The notes beneath the pieces are model-generated. The model was not told where the DNA came from and did not search any database. It saw only the letters and a list, made by a program, of their open reading frames with translations. Below are positions 24,683-34,717 of a stretch of DNA of 64,000 nucleotides, piece by piece. Source of the DNA: Eledone cirrhosa (Eukaryota). The translations under genes were made by a program, and so were the position numbers. Each line of letters opens with the position of its first letter. Position 1 is the stretch's first letter. The DNA is taken from NCBI GenBank assembly GCA_964016885.1, contig OZ024741.1, forward strand, positions 72,788,001-72,852,000, in the 5' to 3' direction.

Positions 24683-27600
24683 ATGACCTCACTCAGAATA
24701 GGCAGCATAAATGCGCGTGGCTTGGGGTCGTCATGGAAGCAGGGTCACCTGCTCAACGACCTCAGGTCACTAAACATAGATGTAGTGGCCATCAGCGAGA
24801 CCAGAATCTCCGAAGCACGGGCCTTCGCACCGATCTTCGGCGGCTACGATGTGTACGCATCTCCCAGCCGTCCTGGATCGGGTGGAGGAGTTGCTGTGCT
24901 TTTTCGGAGAGGTTTGGATCTCGCCATACGGGCCATCTTCCTGGACCCAGAGGGTAAGCTGGTGGTGCTGGACGTGACCAGCGGAGACGGGCAAGCTTTC
25001 AGGCTAGTGGCCGTCTATGCCCCGACAGGAGCAGGGCGGCCTGATTTCTTCCGGCGTCTGGAGACCTTTCTTGGAACGTCCCGCTCTTTAGTGTTAGTGG
25101 GCGACTGGAACGGGATCTTAGATGCACGCTGGGACTGTGTGGGATTAGCGGATAGGGGTGGAGGGTGCAAGAGCCTCACCAACCTGCTCAGGCGTTTTGA
25201 ACTGTCTGACAGGTACCGATTGGATTTCCCGAATGTGCCAATGTGGACTTGGACAAACCGCATAGGGTCATCCAGATCATATCTAGATAGAGTATTTTGT
25301 AGGGAAATAGATAGGTCTAGCATAGGCTGTCCACAATTCAAGATAGTCAGCTACACGGACCACAAATTCGTGACCTGTGTGCTTGACTTAGATAGGCTTC
25401 ATAGACGAGGACCCGGCTACTGGAAGCTAAACGCGTCCTTACCAGCGCGCAAGGCCTACAGAGACCGGATTAGCGAACTAGTTAAGCGGGCGTTGACGGG
25501 GGCCATCGTCAACAACAAGTGGTGGTTTGCTCTGAAAAGAGCGATTAGAATAGAATCGATTAGGTTTAGTAAGGCTTTAGCAATAGAGAAAAATAGAGCA
25601 GAGGGAGAACTAGTTAGAAAATTAGACGAGGCGCTTAGCAAAGGCATTGCGACCGACGTGCTTGCGGCGAAATTGGCCCTTGACCAATTCTTCAATGCAA
25701 AGCACGAAGGCTGCGTTGTCAGAGCTAGGGTGCGTGCTCTCAGACACGAGGGGACGAAAGCCGTTCAATGGGCCCGAGTGGCGGAGGCGCGTCGTGGCAA
25801 CAAAGCCACGATCCGGTCTTTGGTGGACCACGACGGGCGCATGCTACTCGATCCCGGGCAAATGTGTGAAGCTTTTCAGCGACACTTCGCTCAACTGTTC
25901 GGGGGCAGCGGTGGGCCGGGTAGAGGGATGGACTTTAGTGTCTACCTCGACGGACTGCCGCGGCTCTCGGCCACTGAGGCGAGGTGTTGCGAAAAGCCGA
26001 TAACAGCCGCTGAAGTATGGGAGGCAATGACTGGCTGCACAAGGGGTAAATCGCCTGGTTTGGATGGTCTGCCCTATGAACTTTACGTACAGATGCCAGA
26101 CTTGTTCGGAGGCCTCTTGGCGGACGTCTACTGCAACTGGCAACAGAACGGGAGAATTCCCAGTTCTGTGAGCCGAGGAGCGGTGGCACTGCTGAGAAAG
26201 GATCCGAACAAGGGGGATACCATAGACAATTTCCGGCCCATAACTCTGCTAAACACAGAGTTTAAGATTTTGGCCAAGGTGCTAGCAAAGAGGTTGGCGC
26301 TTGTCGTTGGTGGTCTGGTGGGAGAGGCGCAGACATGCGCCATTCCCGACAGATCCATCCACGACAACCTCCACCTCATGCGATACATCGTAGAGAGGGT
26401 AGCTAGGGAACCTGGCACGGGTGGGTCCTTGATCAATTTAGATCAGTCGAAAGCTTTCGATAGGGTCGACCATCGTTACCTAGCGGCAGTCCTGAGGGCG
26501 GCTGGCTTTGGGCCCGTCTTCAGAGGCTGGATCGCTGCCATGCACAGCGACATCTGCTCTGTGGTGAGAGTGAACGGTCACCTGTCGGAACCGTTCAACA
26601 TCATGCGCTCGGTCCGCCAAGGATGTCCCCTCTCGTCCCTCTTGTACGTATTGACGCTCGAGCCATTACTGCACAAACTGGAGACGTTGAGGGGAGTCCC
26701 GCGCGAACTAGGATGCGGAAGATCCGTGTCAGCATATGCGGACGATGTCACCGTAGTGGTGTCGAACGCCAAACACATCGAGGCGATCGGCACTACACTA
26801 AGAGAATACGAAGCGGTGACAGGAGCAATGATCAACCAGGAAAAGTCAGTGGGCCTGCAGCTCGGCACCTGGAGAGGCAGGTCCATGCCGTCCAACAGCG
26901 TCGTCGGGCGCTGGACGGACGGACCGGTTAAATTGCTAGGGGTCTGGTTCGGTCCGGACCTCCAGACGGACAAAAACTGGGACGAGGTGACGAGCAGGGT
27001 GGCTTCTCTCACCCAGAAATGGGCGGAGAGGAAGCTATCCCTGAAAGGTCGAGCGGAGGTGGCTAACGCGTACATCGCGTCTGTCATCTGCTACCGCCTA
27101 ACCGTCGTACCTTGTCCTAAGCCTCGCCTGACTGCGCTGGAGCGTTTGCTCTTTCGCTTTTTGTGGAAGGGACGTGCTCCGATGGTCAGGCGGTCCATCT
27201 GTTGTCAACACCCGCTACGTGGAGGGCTGGGCATGCCGTGGCTGATGATGCGCAGGCACGCGCTCAGGCTACGACATCTCCACCTCTTCCTCGACGGTGA
27301 TCAGGTGTGGTCGCCGTTTGCTAGACGCGTTTTTCCCCAGCTCGTTTCCTTGACGGAGCTGCAGTCCTGGGTCAAGCGAAGACCGAGAGGGAGCGCCTGG
27401 AGACTGGAATGTCTTCAGGCGCTCACAGCCCTCGACCAATCGGGCAATGTGATCGGTGGAAACTCCACCTCGGCGTTCTATAGAGGATTAGTGGAGGGGA
27501 AGAGCGACGACGTACTTGGGGAAACTCTAGGCGTCGACGAAAATCAACTAGCCAATCTCTTCGGAAGAACTTTCGGGCCAGGGCCTATGGACAACTTCCA

Positions 27601-28102
27601 GAAATCTCTGGCCTGGCAGTGCTACCGAGGAGCCTTGCCAGTTCGGGATAAACTCTACAGGCATGGAGGTGCCGTCAGCCGGGCATGTCCGAGATGCGCG
27701 CAGGGCGACGAAACCGTCCTGCACGCACTCGTCCAGTGTCCGAAAATTGCTGACTTGTGGGTTTATGTCGAACACCTGCTGTCGCGTTTAGGACGGATCC
27801 AGCTATCATCTGAGTCTATCGTGAGGATTGCCCCGCCCTCCTCCTTTAGCCGGGAAGGGCAGGCAGTTTTTATCTGTCTGGTGGCCATGGCGAAAGAGAT
27901 AGTATGGTGGACACGTTTGAAAGGGCTGAAGACGAGCACTTACCTCTTCGGTGATGCTCTGATTGACTTTTTCAAATTTCATTTGAAAAGGAAAATCAGA
28001 GTAGAGAAGGAAGTGCTCTCTTCCCAGCATTTTGTTGAAAGATGGGTGAGAGAAGCAAGAATGGCCCGAGTGAATGGGCCGACTCTGAGTATATATCTGT
28101 AA
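24683..28102 (+). CDS. ORF2: APE-type endonuclease + reverse transcriptase + C-terminal CCHC finger (1139 aa)
   Basis: SINARGL, SET, VYAP, GDWN, YLDRV, TDHK (EEP); GPGYWKLN; KSPGLDG, FRPITLLN, LDQSKAFDRV, RQGCPLS, YADD; GGLG; CPRCAQGDETVLHALVQC. Confidence 0.96.
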   Translation: MTSLRIGSINARGLGSSWKQGHLLNDLRSLNIDVVAISETRISEARAFAPIFGGYDVYASPSRPGSGGGVAVLFRRGLDLAIRAIFLDPEGKLVVLDVTSGDGQAFRLVAVYAPTGAGRPDFFRRLETFLGTSRSLVLVGDWNGILDARWDCVGLADRGGGCKSLTNLLRRFELSDRYRLDFPNVPMWTWTNRIGSSRSYLDRVFCREIDRSSIGCPQFKIVSYTDHKFVTCVLDLDRLHRRGPGYWKLNASLPARKAYRDRISELVKRALTGAIVNNKWWFALKRAIRIESIRFSKALAIEKNRAEGELVRKLDEALSKGIATDVLAAKLALDQFFNAKHEGCVVRARVRALRHEGTKAVQWARVAEARRGNKATIRSLVDHDGRMLLDPGQMCEAFQRHFAQLFGGSGGPGRGMDFSVYLDGLPRLSATEARCCEKPITAAEVWEAMTGCTRGKSPGLDGLPYELYVQMPDLFGGLLADVYCNWQQNGRIPSSVSRGAVALLRKDPNKGDTIDNFRPITLLNTEFKILAKVLAKRLALVVGGLVGEAQTCAIPDRSIHDNLHLMRYIVERVAREPGTGGSLINLDQSKAFDRVDHRYLAAVLRAAGFGPVFRGWIAAMHSDICSVVRVNGHLSEPFNIMRSVRQGCPLSSLLYVLTLEPLLHKLETLRGVPRELGCGRSVSAYADDVTVVVSNAKHIEAIGTTLREYEAVTGAMINQEKSVGLQLGTWRGRSMPSNSVVGRWTDGPVKLLGVWFGPDLQTDKNWDEVTSRVASLTQKWAERKLSLKGRAEVANAYIASVICYRLTVVPCPKPRLTALERLLFRFLWKGRAPMVRRSICCQHPLRGGLGMPWLMMRRHALRLRHLHLFLDGDQVWSPFARRVFPQLVSLTELQSWVKRRPRGSAWRLECLQALTALDQSGNVIGGNSTSAFYRGLVEGKSDDVLGETLGVDENQLANLFGRTFGPGPMDNFQKSLAWQCYRGALPVRDKLYRHGGAVSRACPRCAQGDETVLHALVQCPKIADLWVYVEHLLSRLGRIQLSSESIVRIAPPSSFSREGQAVFICLVAMAKEIVWWTRLKGLKTSTYLFGDALIDFFKFHLKRKIRVEKEVLSSQHFVERWVREARMARVNGPTLSIYL

Positions 28103-28361
28103 ACTAAAGGTGGAAAACTGGGAGAGGGCACTTGCTTGGTGGTCAGGGTCATTGTGGCTTTTTACTGGGCTTTCTCCACAAATGTCCCTCCGAAGTCTCC
28201 CCCCTATTGGGGAATTTTTCATTGTTATTTTCATTGTTATTTTTGTTACATCCTCTGTTTTTGTTTTTTTACACGCAGAAATGCCCATTTGTACCGTCCT
28301 GCATTGTCCTGCACTGTCCTTAATGTCTACTTTATGTAAACCCTTGTGGTTAATAAAGAAA

Positions 28362-28429
<68 letters not shown>

Positions 28430-28642
28430 GAATGCCATGGTTGACGGAGGCTCGGCTCTGTAAGGTATAGTAATTTTTAACCGTTAAAACAATTGTAAAT
28501 TGTTTAAAACTTGAACCAAATTGTTGATAAAGACACCCTCCTCCTCGTGAGAGGGGTCTTTCTGTCCGTTATTTGGCCCTTCGGGGTTAAATAGCCAGTT
28601 ATTGGGGTTTTGTACCCAAAATTTCATTTTAAACAAAAAAAC

Positions 28643-30742
28643 ATGGCTACCAAAAAAAAAAAATTTCATACGTCACTCCCACTCATTCCGTCTTCTTCTT
28701 CCTCAATCATCACTACAGGAGAGAGAAGATTGTCTCTCTCCCTCCCTTCTTTAAATGTGTCTCTCTCCCTACCTTCTCTTTCGCAAGCGACGAAAGAAAA
28801 GAAAAGTCTCGTGCAAAGCGTGCAAGGTTTCTCCACGACGACGACGACAGCGACGAAACAGGTGTGCGGGAAATACGAAAACCCAGTTCATTCGTCTGAC
28901 GTCAGGAATAATAGCAGTAGCAGCCGTAATAACAACAGCAACAGTGACAATGAAAACAACAGTAGCAGCCGCAACAGCATCACCAGCAGCATAAACAACA
29001 ACAGCATTAGCAGCAGCAACACCAACAACAACCACAGCAACAGCGGCGGAGGCAGTAGTCGTAGTACCTGCAGCAACAACAAAAGTACCAGCAGCTCTGA
29101 CGACAACAACAACAGCAGAGAAAAACCAATCTCATTTGCAGGTATTGCGAAAAACCTGGAAACAATCCTCATAACAAATGAGGAATTAGAGGAAGCGAAG
29201 AAGATGGTGACAAAGAACGGACACCGAGCAATCTGCAAGGCAGCGAAAAATTTTTTCGAAACCCAAGAGCACTGTACGGTCACGTACCGTACAGTAAGTA
29301 CAAAATCCCGTAGGGTGGAAAGAGCCACAGAGGCCCAAATACAAAAAGCCTTGGGGTCTGTGTGGCAGAGGAAAACGCACATCACCCGAGGCAAAAAATA
29401 CGCCACCGTAGACGTACTTTTTGCCACACCCCAGGAGGCAAAGGCCCAATCAGTAGTGACCCTAAGGAGCGAGGAAATGGTGTTGGTGCCCTCCTACTGC
29501 GGGCAAAAAATTGTGAGGGTCAAACTGACCCACGTCCCCCCCGGAATGACCCCTTCTTGGCTGGCCGCGTCTGTCCTCGTCGGAATCGAGGACAAAACAA
29601 CTGTACTGCAAGTACAGAAAAAAGTAAGAGAAGATTGGGTCGGCTCCTCCATTGAGATGCTAATCCAAACCAACCAGGAGTGCATCGAAGCTATCCCGGA
29701 TGTGATAGACTTCGATAACGGCACTCAACTGCCCATAAGTGTTGAGGGCAAACGCCCGAAATGCTTTCGCTGTGGATCGAAGACTCACCTCAGGGCCTTC
29801 TGCAACGAGAAGACCCTGAGAAAGGAGAAAACCCCCCTCCTCCCGAATCCGGTTCCACGGCTACCAGCAACAGGACAAGCGGCAACCAGGAACGATAGGT
29901 CCGTGGCACCCATACCCACTCCACGGAAATCAAAGACAGCAGCAGCAGTGGAAATATTAACAACAACAACAGCAATACCAAATGCAGCTGCAACAGAGAC
30001 TCCAGTGCAAACATCACCAACAACAACAAGTGAAAGAGTGGAGCTGGTACCCCTCCCCGACCTTACAGAATCAGACATGGAGTGTGAGGTGGGAGAGGGA
30101 TGGCAAAAGGTCTCAAGAAGGCACAAACGCAGAAGCAGCGCATCGTCGCCTTTGAAAAGGGAGGAAAGAAATGAGAAAAGGGTAAAGTCTACTGCAAAGA
30201 GACCCACAGCAGCAACACCACCAACACCATCACCACCCACACCAGCACCACCATCACCACCGGCGACAACCCCACCGCCAACAACACCTTCAACACCACC
30301 ACCACAAGCACCAACATCGCAAACACAACAACAAAACACACACACCCAGCAACAACGACAAGAAAATAGCAGAACCACACCCCACCCCCAGAAAAACAAA
30401 TGCACGGCAATAAACACACACAACAAGAAACTAATGACTTACATAATTGAACACACAGACATTTCACAACAGGACTACATAATACCAGCACCAATCAAAA
30501 CGCCAACTAACATAAGACTGCTAAAAATAGCACAGAAACAATACACAAACATTAAAACGAAATTCCCCAACGCAGTTGGTGATTTCAGGGACCTAGGAGG
30601 AACCATTAATCGAAGAGTATATTCAGACATTCTCTTAGAAGAGCCGACGACCAGCCGAAGGGACGATTCAACGGTCCCTTCACCAGACGATCAAGTGAAA
30701 AGGGATGTAAAAACCATCCCTCCTCTACCAAAAATACGGTAA
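28643..30742 (+). CDS. ORF1 zinc-knuckle protein, unit 2
   Basis: Two visible amino-acid differences from unit 1 ORF1. Confidence 0.88.
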   Translation: MATKKKKFHTSLPLIPSSSSSIITTGERRLSLSLPSLNVSLSLPSLSQATKEKKSLVQSVQGFSTTTTTATKQVCGKYENPVHSSDVRNNSSSSRNNNSNSDNENNSSSRNSITSSINNNSISSSNTNNNHSNSGGGSSRSTCSNNKSTSSSDDNNNSREKPISFAGIAKNLETILITNEELEEAKKMVTKNGHRAICKAAKNFFETQEHCTVTYRTVSTKSRRVERATEAQIQKALGSVWQRKTHITRGKKYATVDVLFATPQEAKAQSVVTLRSEEMVLVPSYCGQKIVRVKLTHVPPGMTPSWLAASVLVGIEDKTTVLQVQKKVREDWVGSSIEMLIQTNQECIEAIPDVIDFDNGTQLPISVEGKRPKCFRCGSKTHLRAFCNEKTLRKEKTPLLPNPVPRLPATGQAATRNDRSVAPIPTPRKSKTAAAVEILTTTTAIPNAAATETPVQTSPTTTSERVELVPLPDLTESDMECEVGEGWQKVSRRHKRRSSASSPLKREERNEKRVKSTAKRPTAATPPTPSPPTPAPPSPPATTPPPTTPSTPPPQAPTSQTQQQNTHTQQQRQENSRTTPHPQKNKCTAINTHNKKLMTYIIEHTDISQQDYIIPAPIKTPTNIRLLKIAQKQYTNIKTKFPNAVGDFRDLGGTINRRVYSDILLEEPTTSRRDDSTVPSPDDQVKRDVKTIPPLPKIR

Positions 30743-30777
30743 GTGGTCTTTCCCATCTTTTCCACTCTATTTTAAAC

Positions 30778-33700
30778 ATGACCTCACTCAGAATAGGCAG
30801 CATAAATGCGCGTGGCTTGGGGTCGTCATGGAAGCAGGGTCACCTGCTCAACGACCTCAGGTCACTAAACATAGATGTAGTGGCCATCAGCGAGACCAGA
30901 ATCTCCGAAGCACGGGCCTTCGCACCGATCTTCGGCGGCTACGATGTGTACGCATCTCCCAGCCGTCCTGGATCGGGTGGAGGAGTTGCTGTGCTTTTTC
31001 GGAGAGGTTTGGATCTCGCCATACGGGCCATCTTCCTGGACCCAGAGGGTAAGCTGGTGGTGCTGGACGTGACCAGCGGAGACGGGCAAGCTTTCAGGCT
31101 AGTGGCCGTCTATGCCCCGACAGGAGCAGGGCGGCCTGATTTCTTCCGGCGTCTGGAGACCTTTCTTGGAACGTCGCGCTCTTTAGTGTTAGTGGGCGAC
31201 TGGAACGGGATCTTAGATGCACGCTGGGACTGTGTGGGATTAGCGGATAGGGGTGGAGGGTGCAAGAGCCTCACCAACCTGCTCAGGCGTTTTGAACTGT
31301 CTGACAGGTACCGATTGGATTTCCCGAATGTGCCAATGTGGACTTGGACAAACCGCATAGGGTCATCCAGATCATATCTAGATAGAGTATTTTGTAGGGA
31401 AATAGATAGGTCTAGCATAGGCTGTCCACAATTCAAGATAGTCAGCTACACGGACCACAAATTCGTGATCTGTGTGCTTGACTTAGATAGGCTTCATAGA
31501 CGAGGACCCGGCTACTGGAAGCTAAACGCGTCCTTACCAGCGCGCAAGGCCTACAGAGACCGGATTAGCGAACTAGTTAAGCGGGCGTTGACGGGGGCCA
31601 TCGTCAACAACAAGTGGTGGTTTGCTCTGAAAAGAGCGATTAGAATAGAATCGATTAGGTTTAGTAAGGCTTTAGCAATAGAGAAAAATAGAGCAGAGGG
31701 AGAACTAGTTAGAAAATTAGACGAGGCGCTTAGCAAAGGCATTGCGACCGACGTGCTTGCGGCGAAATTGGCCCTTGACCAATTCTTCAATGCAAAGCAC
31801 GAAGGCTGCGTTGTCAGAGCTAGGGTGCGTGCTCTCAGACACGAGGGGACGAAAGCCGTTCAATGGGCCCGAGTGGCGGAGGCGCGTCGTGGCAACAAAG
31901 CCACGATCCGGTCTTTGGTGGACCACGACGGGCGCATGCTACTCGATCCCGGGCAAATGTGTGAAGCTTTTCAGCGACACTTCGCTCAGCTGTTCGGGGG
32001 CAGCGGGGGGCCGGGTAGAGGGATGGACTTTAGTGTCTACCTCGACGGACTGCCGCGGCTCTCGGCCACTGAGGCGAAGTGTTGCGAAAAGCCGATAACA
32101 GCCGCTGAAGTAAGGGAGGCAATGACTGGCTGCACAAGGGGTAAATCGCCTGGTTTGGATGGTCTGCCCTATGAACTTTACGTACAGATGCCAGACTTGT
32201 TCGGAGGCCTCTTGGCGGACGTCTACTGCAACTGGCAACAGAACGGGAGAATTCCCAGTTCTGTGAGCCGAGGAGCGGTGGCACTGCTGAGAAAGGATCC
32301 GAACAAGGGGGATAACATAGACAATTTCCGGCCCATAACTCTGCTAAACACAGAGTTTAAGATTTTGGCCAAGGTGCTAGCAAAGAGGTTGGCGCTTGTC
32401 GTTGGTGGTCTGGTGGGAGAGGCGCAGACATGCGCCATTCCCGACAGATCCATCCACGACAACCTCCACCTCATGCGATACATCGTAGAGAGGGTAGCTA
32501 GGGAACCTGGCACGGGTGGGTCCTTGATCAATTTAGATCAGTCGAAAGCTTTCGATAGGGTCGACCATCGTTACCTAGCGGCAGTCCTGAGGGCGGCTGG
32601 CTTTGGGCCCGTCTTCAAAGGCTGGATCGCTGCCATGCACAGCGACATCTGCTCTGTGGTGAGAGTGAACGGTCACCTGTCGGAACCGTTCAACATCATG
32701 CGCTCGGTCCGCCAAGGATGTCCCCTCTCGTCCCTCTTGTACGTATTGACTCTCGAGCCATTACTGCACAAACTGGAGACGTTGAGGGGAGTCCCGCGCG
32801 AACTAGGATGCGGAAGATCCGTGTCAGCATATGCGGACGATGTCACCGTAGTGGTGTCGAACGCCAAACACATCGAGGCGATCGGCACTACACTAAGAGA
32901 ATACGAAGCGGTGACAGGAGCAATGATCAACCAGGAAAAGTCAGTGGGCCTGCAGCTCGGCACCTGGAGAGGCAGGTCCATGCCGTCCAACAGCGTCGTC
33001 GGGCGCTGGACGGACGGACCGGTTAAATTGCTAGGGGTCTGGTTCGGTCCGGACCTCCAGACGGACAAAAACTGGGACGAGGTGACGAGCAGGGTGGCTT
33101 CTCTCACCCAGAAATGGGCGGAGAGGAAGCTATCCCTGAAAGGTCGAGCGGAGGTGGCTAACGCGTACATCGCGTCTGTCATCTGCTACCGCCTAACCGT
33201 CGTACCTTGTCCTAAGCCTCGCCTGACTGCGCTGGAGCGTTTGCTCTTTCGCTTTTTGTGGAAGGGACGTGCTCCGATGGTCAGGCGGTCCATCTGTTGT
33301 CAACACCCGCTACGTGGAGGGCTGGGCATGCCGTGGCTGATGATGCGCAGGCACGCGCTCAGGCTACGACATCTCCACCTCTTCCTCGACGGTGATCAGG
33401 TGTGGTCGCCGTTTGCTAGACGCGTTTTTCCCCAGCTCGTTTCCTTGACGGAGCTGCAGTCCTGGGTCAAGCGAAGACCGAGAGGGAGCGCCTGGAGACT
33501 GGAATGTCTTCAGGCGCTCACAGCCCTCGACCAATCGGGCAATGTGATCGGTGGAAACTCCACCTCGGCGTTCTATAGAGGATTAGTGGAGGGGAAGAGC
33601 GACGACGTACTTGGGGAAACTCTAGGCGTCGACGAAAATCAACTAGCCAATCTCTTCGGAAGAACTTTCGGGCCAGGGCCTATGGACAACTTCCAGAAAT

Positions 33701-34197
33701 CTCTGGCCTGGCAGTGCTACCGAGGAGCCTTGCCAGTTCGGGATAAACTCTACAGGCATGGAGGTGCCGTCAGCCGGGCATGTCCGAGATGCGCGCAGGG
33801 CGACGAAACCGTCCTGCACGCACTCGTCCAGTGTCCGAAAATTGCTGACTTGTGGGTTTATGTCGAACACCTGCTGTCGCGTTTAGAACGGATCCAGCTA
33901 TCATCTGAGTCCATCGTGAGGATTGCCCCGCCCTCCTCCTTTAGCCGGGAAGGGCAGGCAGTTTTTATCTGTCTGGTGGCCATGGCGAAAGAGATAGTAT
34001 GGTGGACACGTTTGAAAGGGCTGAAGACGAGCACTTACCTCTTCGGTGATGCTCTGATTGACTTTTTCAAATTTCATTTGAAAAGGAAAATCAGAGTAGA
34101 GAGGGAAGTGCTCTCTTCCCAGCATTTTGTTGAAAGATGGGTGAGAGAAGCAAGAATGGCCCGAGTGAATGGGCCGACTCTGAGTATATATCTGTAA
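30778..34197 (+). CDS. ORF2 APE-RT-CCHC, unit 2
   Basis: 1139 aa, all motifs intact. Confidence 0.96.
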   Translation: MTSLRIGSINARGLGSSWKQGHLLNDLRSLNIDVVAISETRISEARAFAPIFGGYDVYASPSRPGSGGGVAVLFRRGLDLAIRAIFLDPEGKLVVLDVTSGDGQAFRLVAVYAPTGAGRPDFFRRLETFLGTSRSLVLVGDWNGILDARWDCVGLADRGGGCKSLTNLLRRFELSDRYRLDFPNVPMWTWTNRIGSSRSYLDRVFCREIDRSSIGCPQFKIVSYTDHKFVICVLDLDRLHRRGPGYWKLNASLPARKAYRDRISELVKRALTGAIVNNKWWFALKRAIRIESIRFSKALAIEKNRAEGELVRKLDEALSKGIATDVLAAKLALDQFFNAKHEGCVVRARVRALRHEGTKAVQWARVAEARRGNKATIRSLVDHDGRMLLDPGQMCEAFQRHFAQLFGGSGGPGRGMDFSVYLDGLPRLSATEAKCCEKPITAAEVREAMTGCTRGKSPGLDGLPYELYVQMPDLFGGLLADVYCNWQQNGRIPSSVSRGAVALLRKDPNKGDNIDNFRPITLLNTEFKILAKVLAKRLALVVGGLVGEAQTCAIPDRSIHDNLHLMRYIVERVAREPGTGGSLINLDQSKAFDRVDHRYLAAVLRAAGFGPVFKGWIAAMHSDICSVVRVNGHLSEPFNIMRSVRQGCPLSSLLYVLTLEPLLHKLETLRGVPRELGCGRSVSAYADDVTVVVSNAKHIEAIGTTLREYEAVTGAMINQEKSVGLQLGTWRGRSMPSNSVVGRWTDGPVKLLGVWFGPDLQTDKNWDEVTSRVASLTQKWAERKLSLKGRAEVANAYIASVICYRLTVVPCPKPRLTALERLLFRFLWKGRAPMVRRSICCQHPLRGGLGMPWLMMRRHALRLRHLHLFLDGDQVWSPFARRVFPQLVSLTELQSWVKRRPRGSAWRLECLQALTALDQSGNVIGGNSTSAFYRGLVEGKSDDVLGETLGVDENQLANLFGRTFGPGPMDNFQKSLAWQCYRGALPVRDKLYRHGGAVSRACPRCAQGDETVLHALVQCPKIADLWVYVEHLLSRLERIQLSSESIVRIAPPSSFSREGQAVFICLVAMAKEIVWWTRLKGLKTSTYLFGDALIDFFKFHLKRKIRVEREVLSSQHFVERWVREARMARVNGPTLSIYL

Positions 34198-34457
34198 ACT
34201 AAAGGTGGAAAACTGGGAGAGGGCACTTGCCTTGGTGGTCAGGGTCATTGTGGCTTTTTACTGGGCTTTCTCCACAAATGTCCCTCCGAAGTCTCCCCCC
34301 TATTGGGGAATTTTTCATTGTTATTTTCATTGTTATTTTTGTTACATCCTCTGTTTTTGTTTTTTTACACGCAGAAATGCCCATTTGTACCGTCCTGCAT
34401 TGTCCTGCACTGTCCTTAATGTCTACTTTATGTAAACCCTTGTGGTTAATAAAGAAA

Positions 34458-34504
<47 letters not shown>

Positions 34505-34717
34505 GAATGCCATGGTTGACGGAGGCTCGGCTCTGTAAGGTATAGTAATTTTTAACCGTTAAAACAATTGTAAATTGTTTAAAACTTGAACCAAATTGTT
34601 GATAAAGACACCCTCCTCCTCGTGAGAGGGGTCTTTCTGTCCGTTATTTGGCCCTTCGGGGTTAAATAGCCAGTTATTGGGGTTTTGTACCCAAAATTTC
34701 ATTTTAAACAAAAAAAC

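Larger units (their letters stand above)
22335..28363 (+). mobile_element. Tx1/L1-clade non-LTR retrotransposon, unit 1 (full length, intact)
   Basis: 5' gaatgccatgg..., ORF1 + ORF2, 3'UTR ending aataaagaaatc, then (ATT)22 at 28364-28429. Confidence 0.95.
28430..34459 (+). mobile_element. Tx1-like retrotransposon, unit 2 (full length, intact)
   Basis: Near-identical to unit 1 at an offset of 6095; followed by (ATT)15. Confidence 0.95.
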
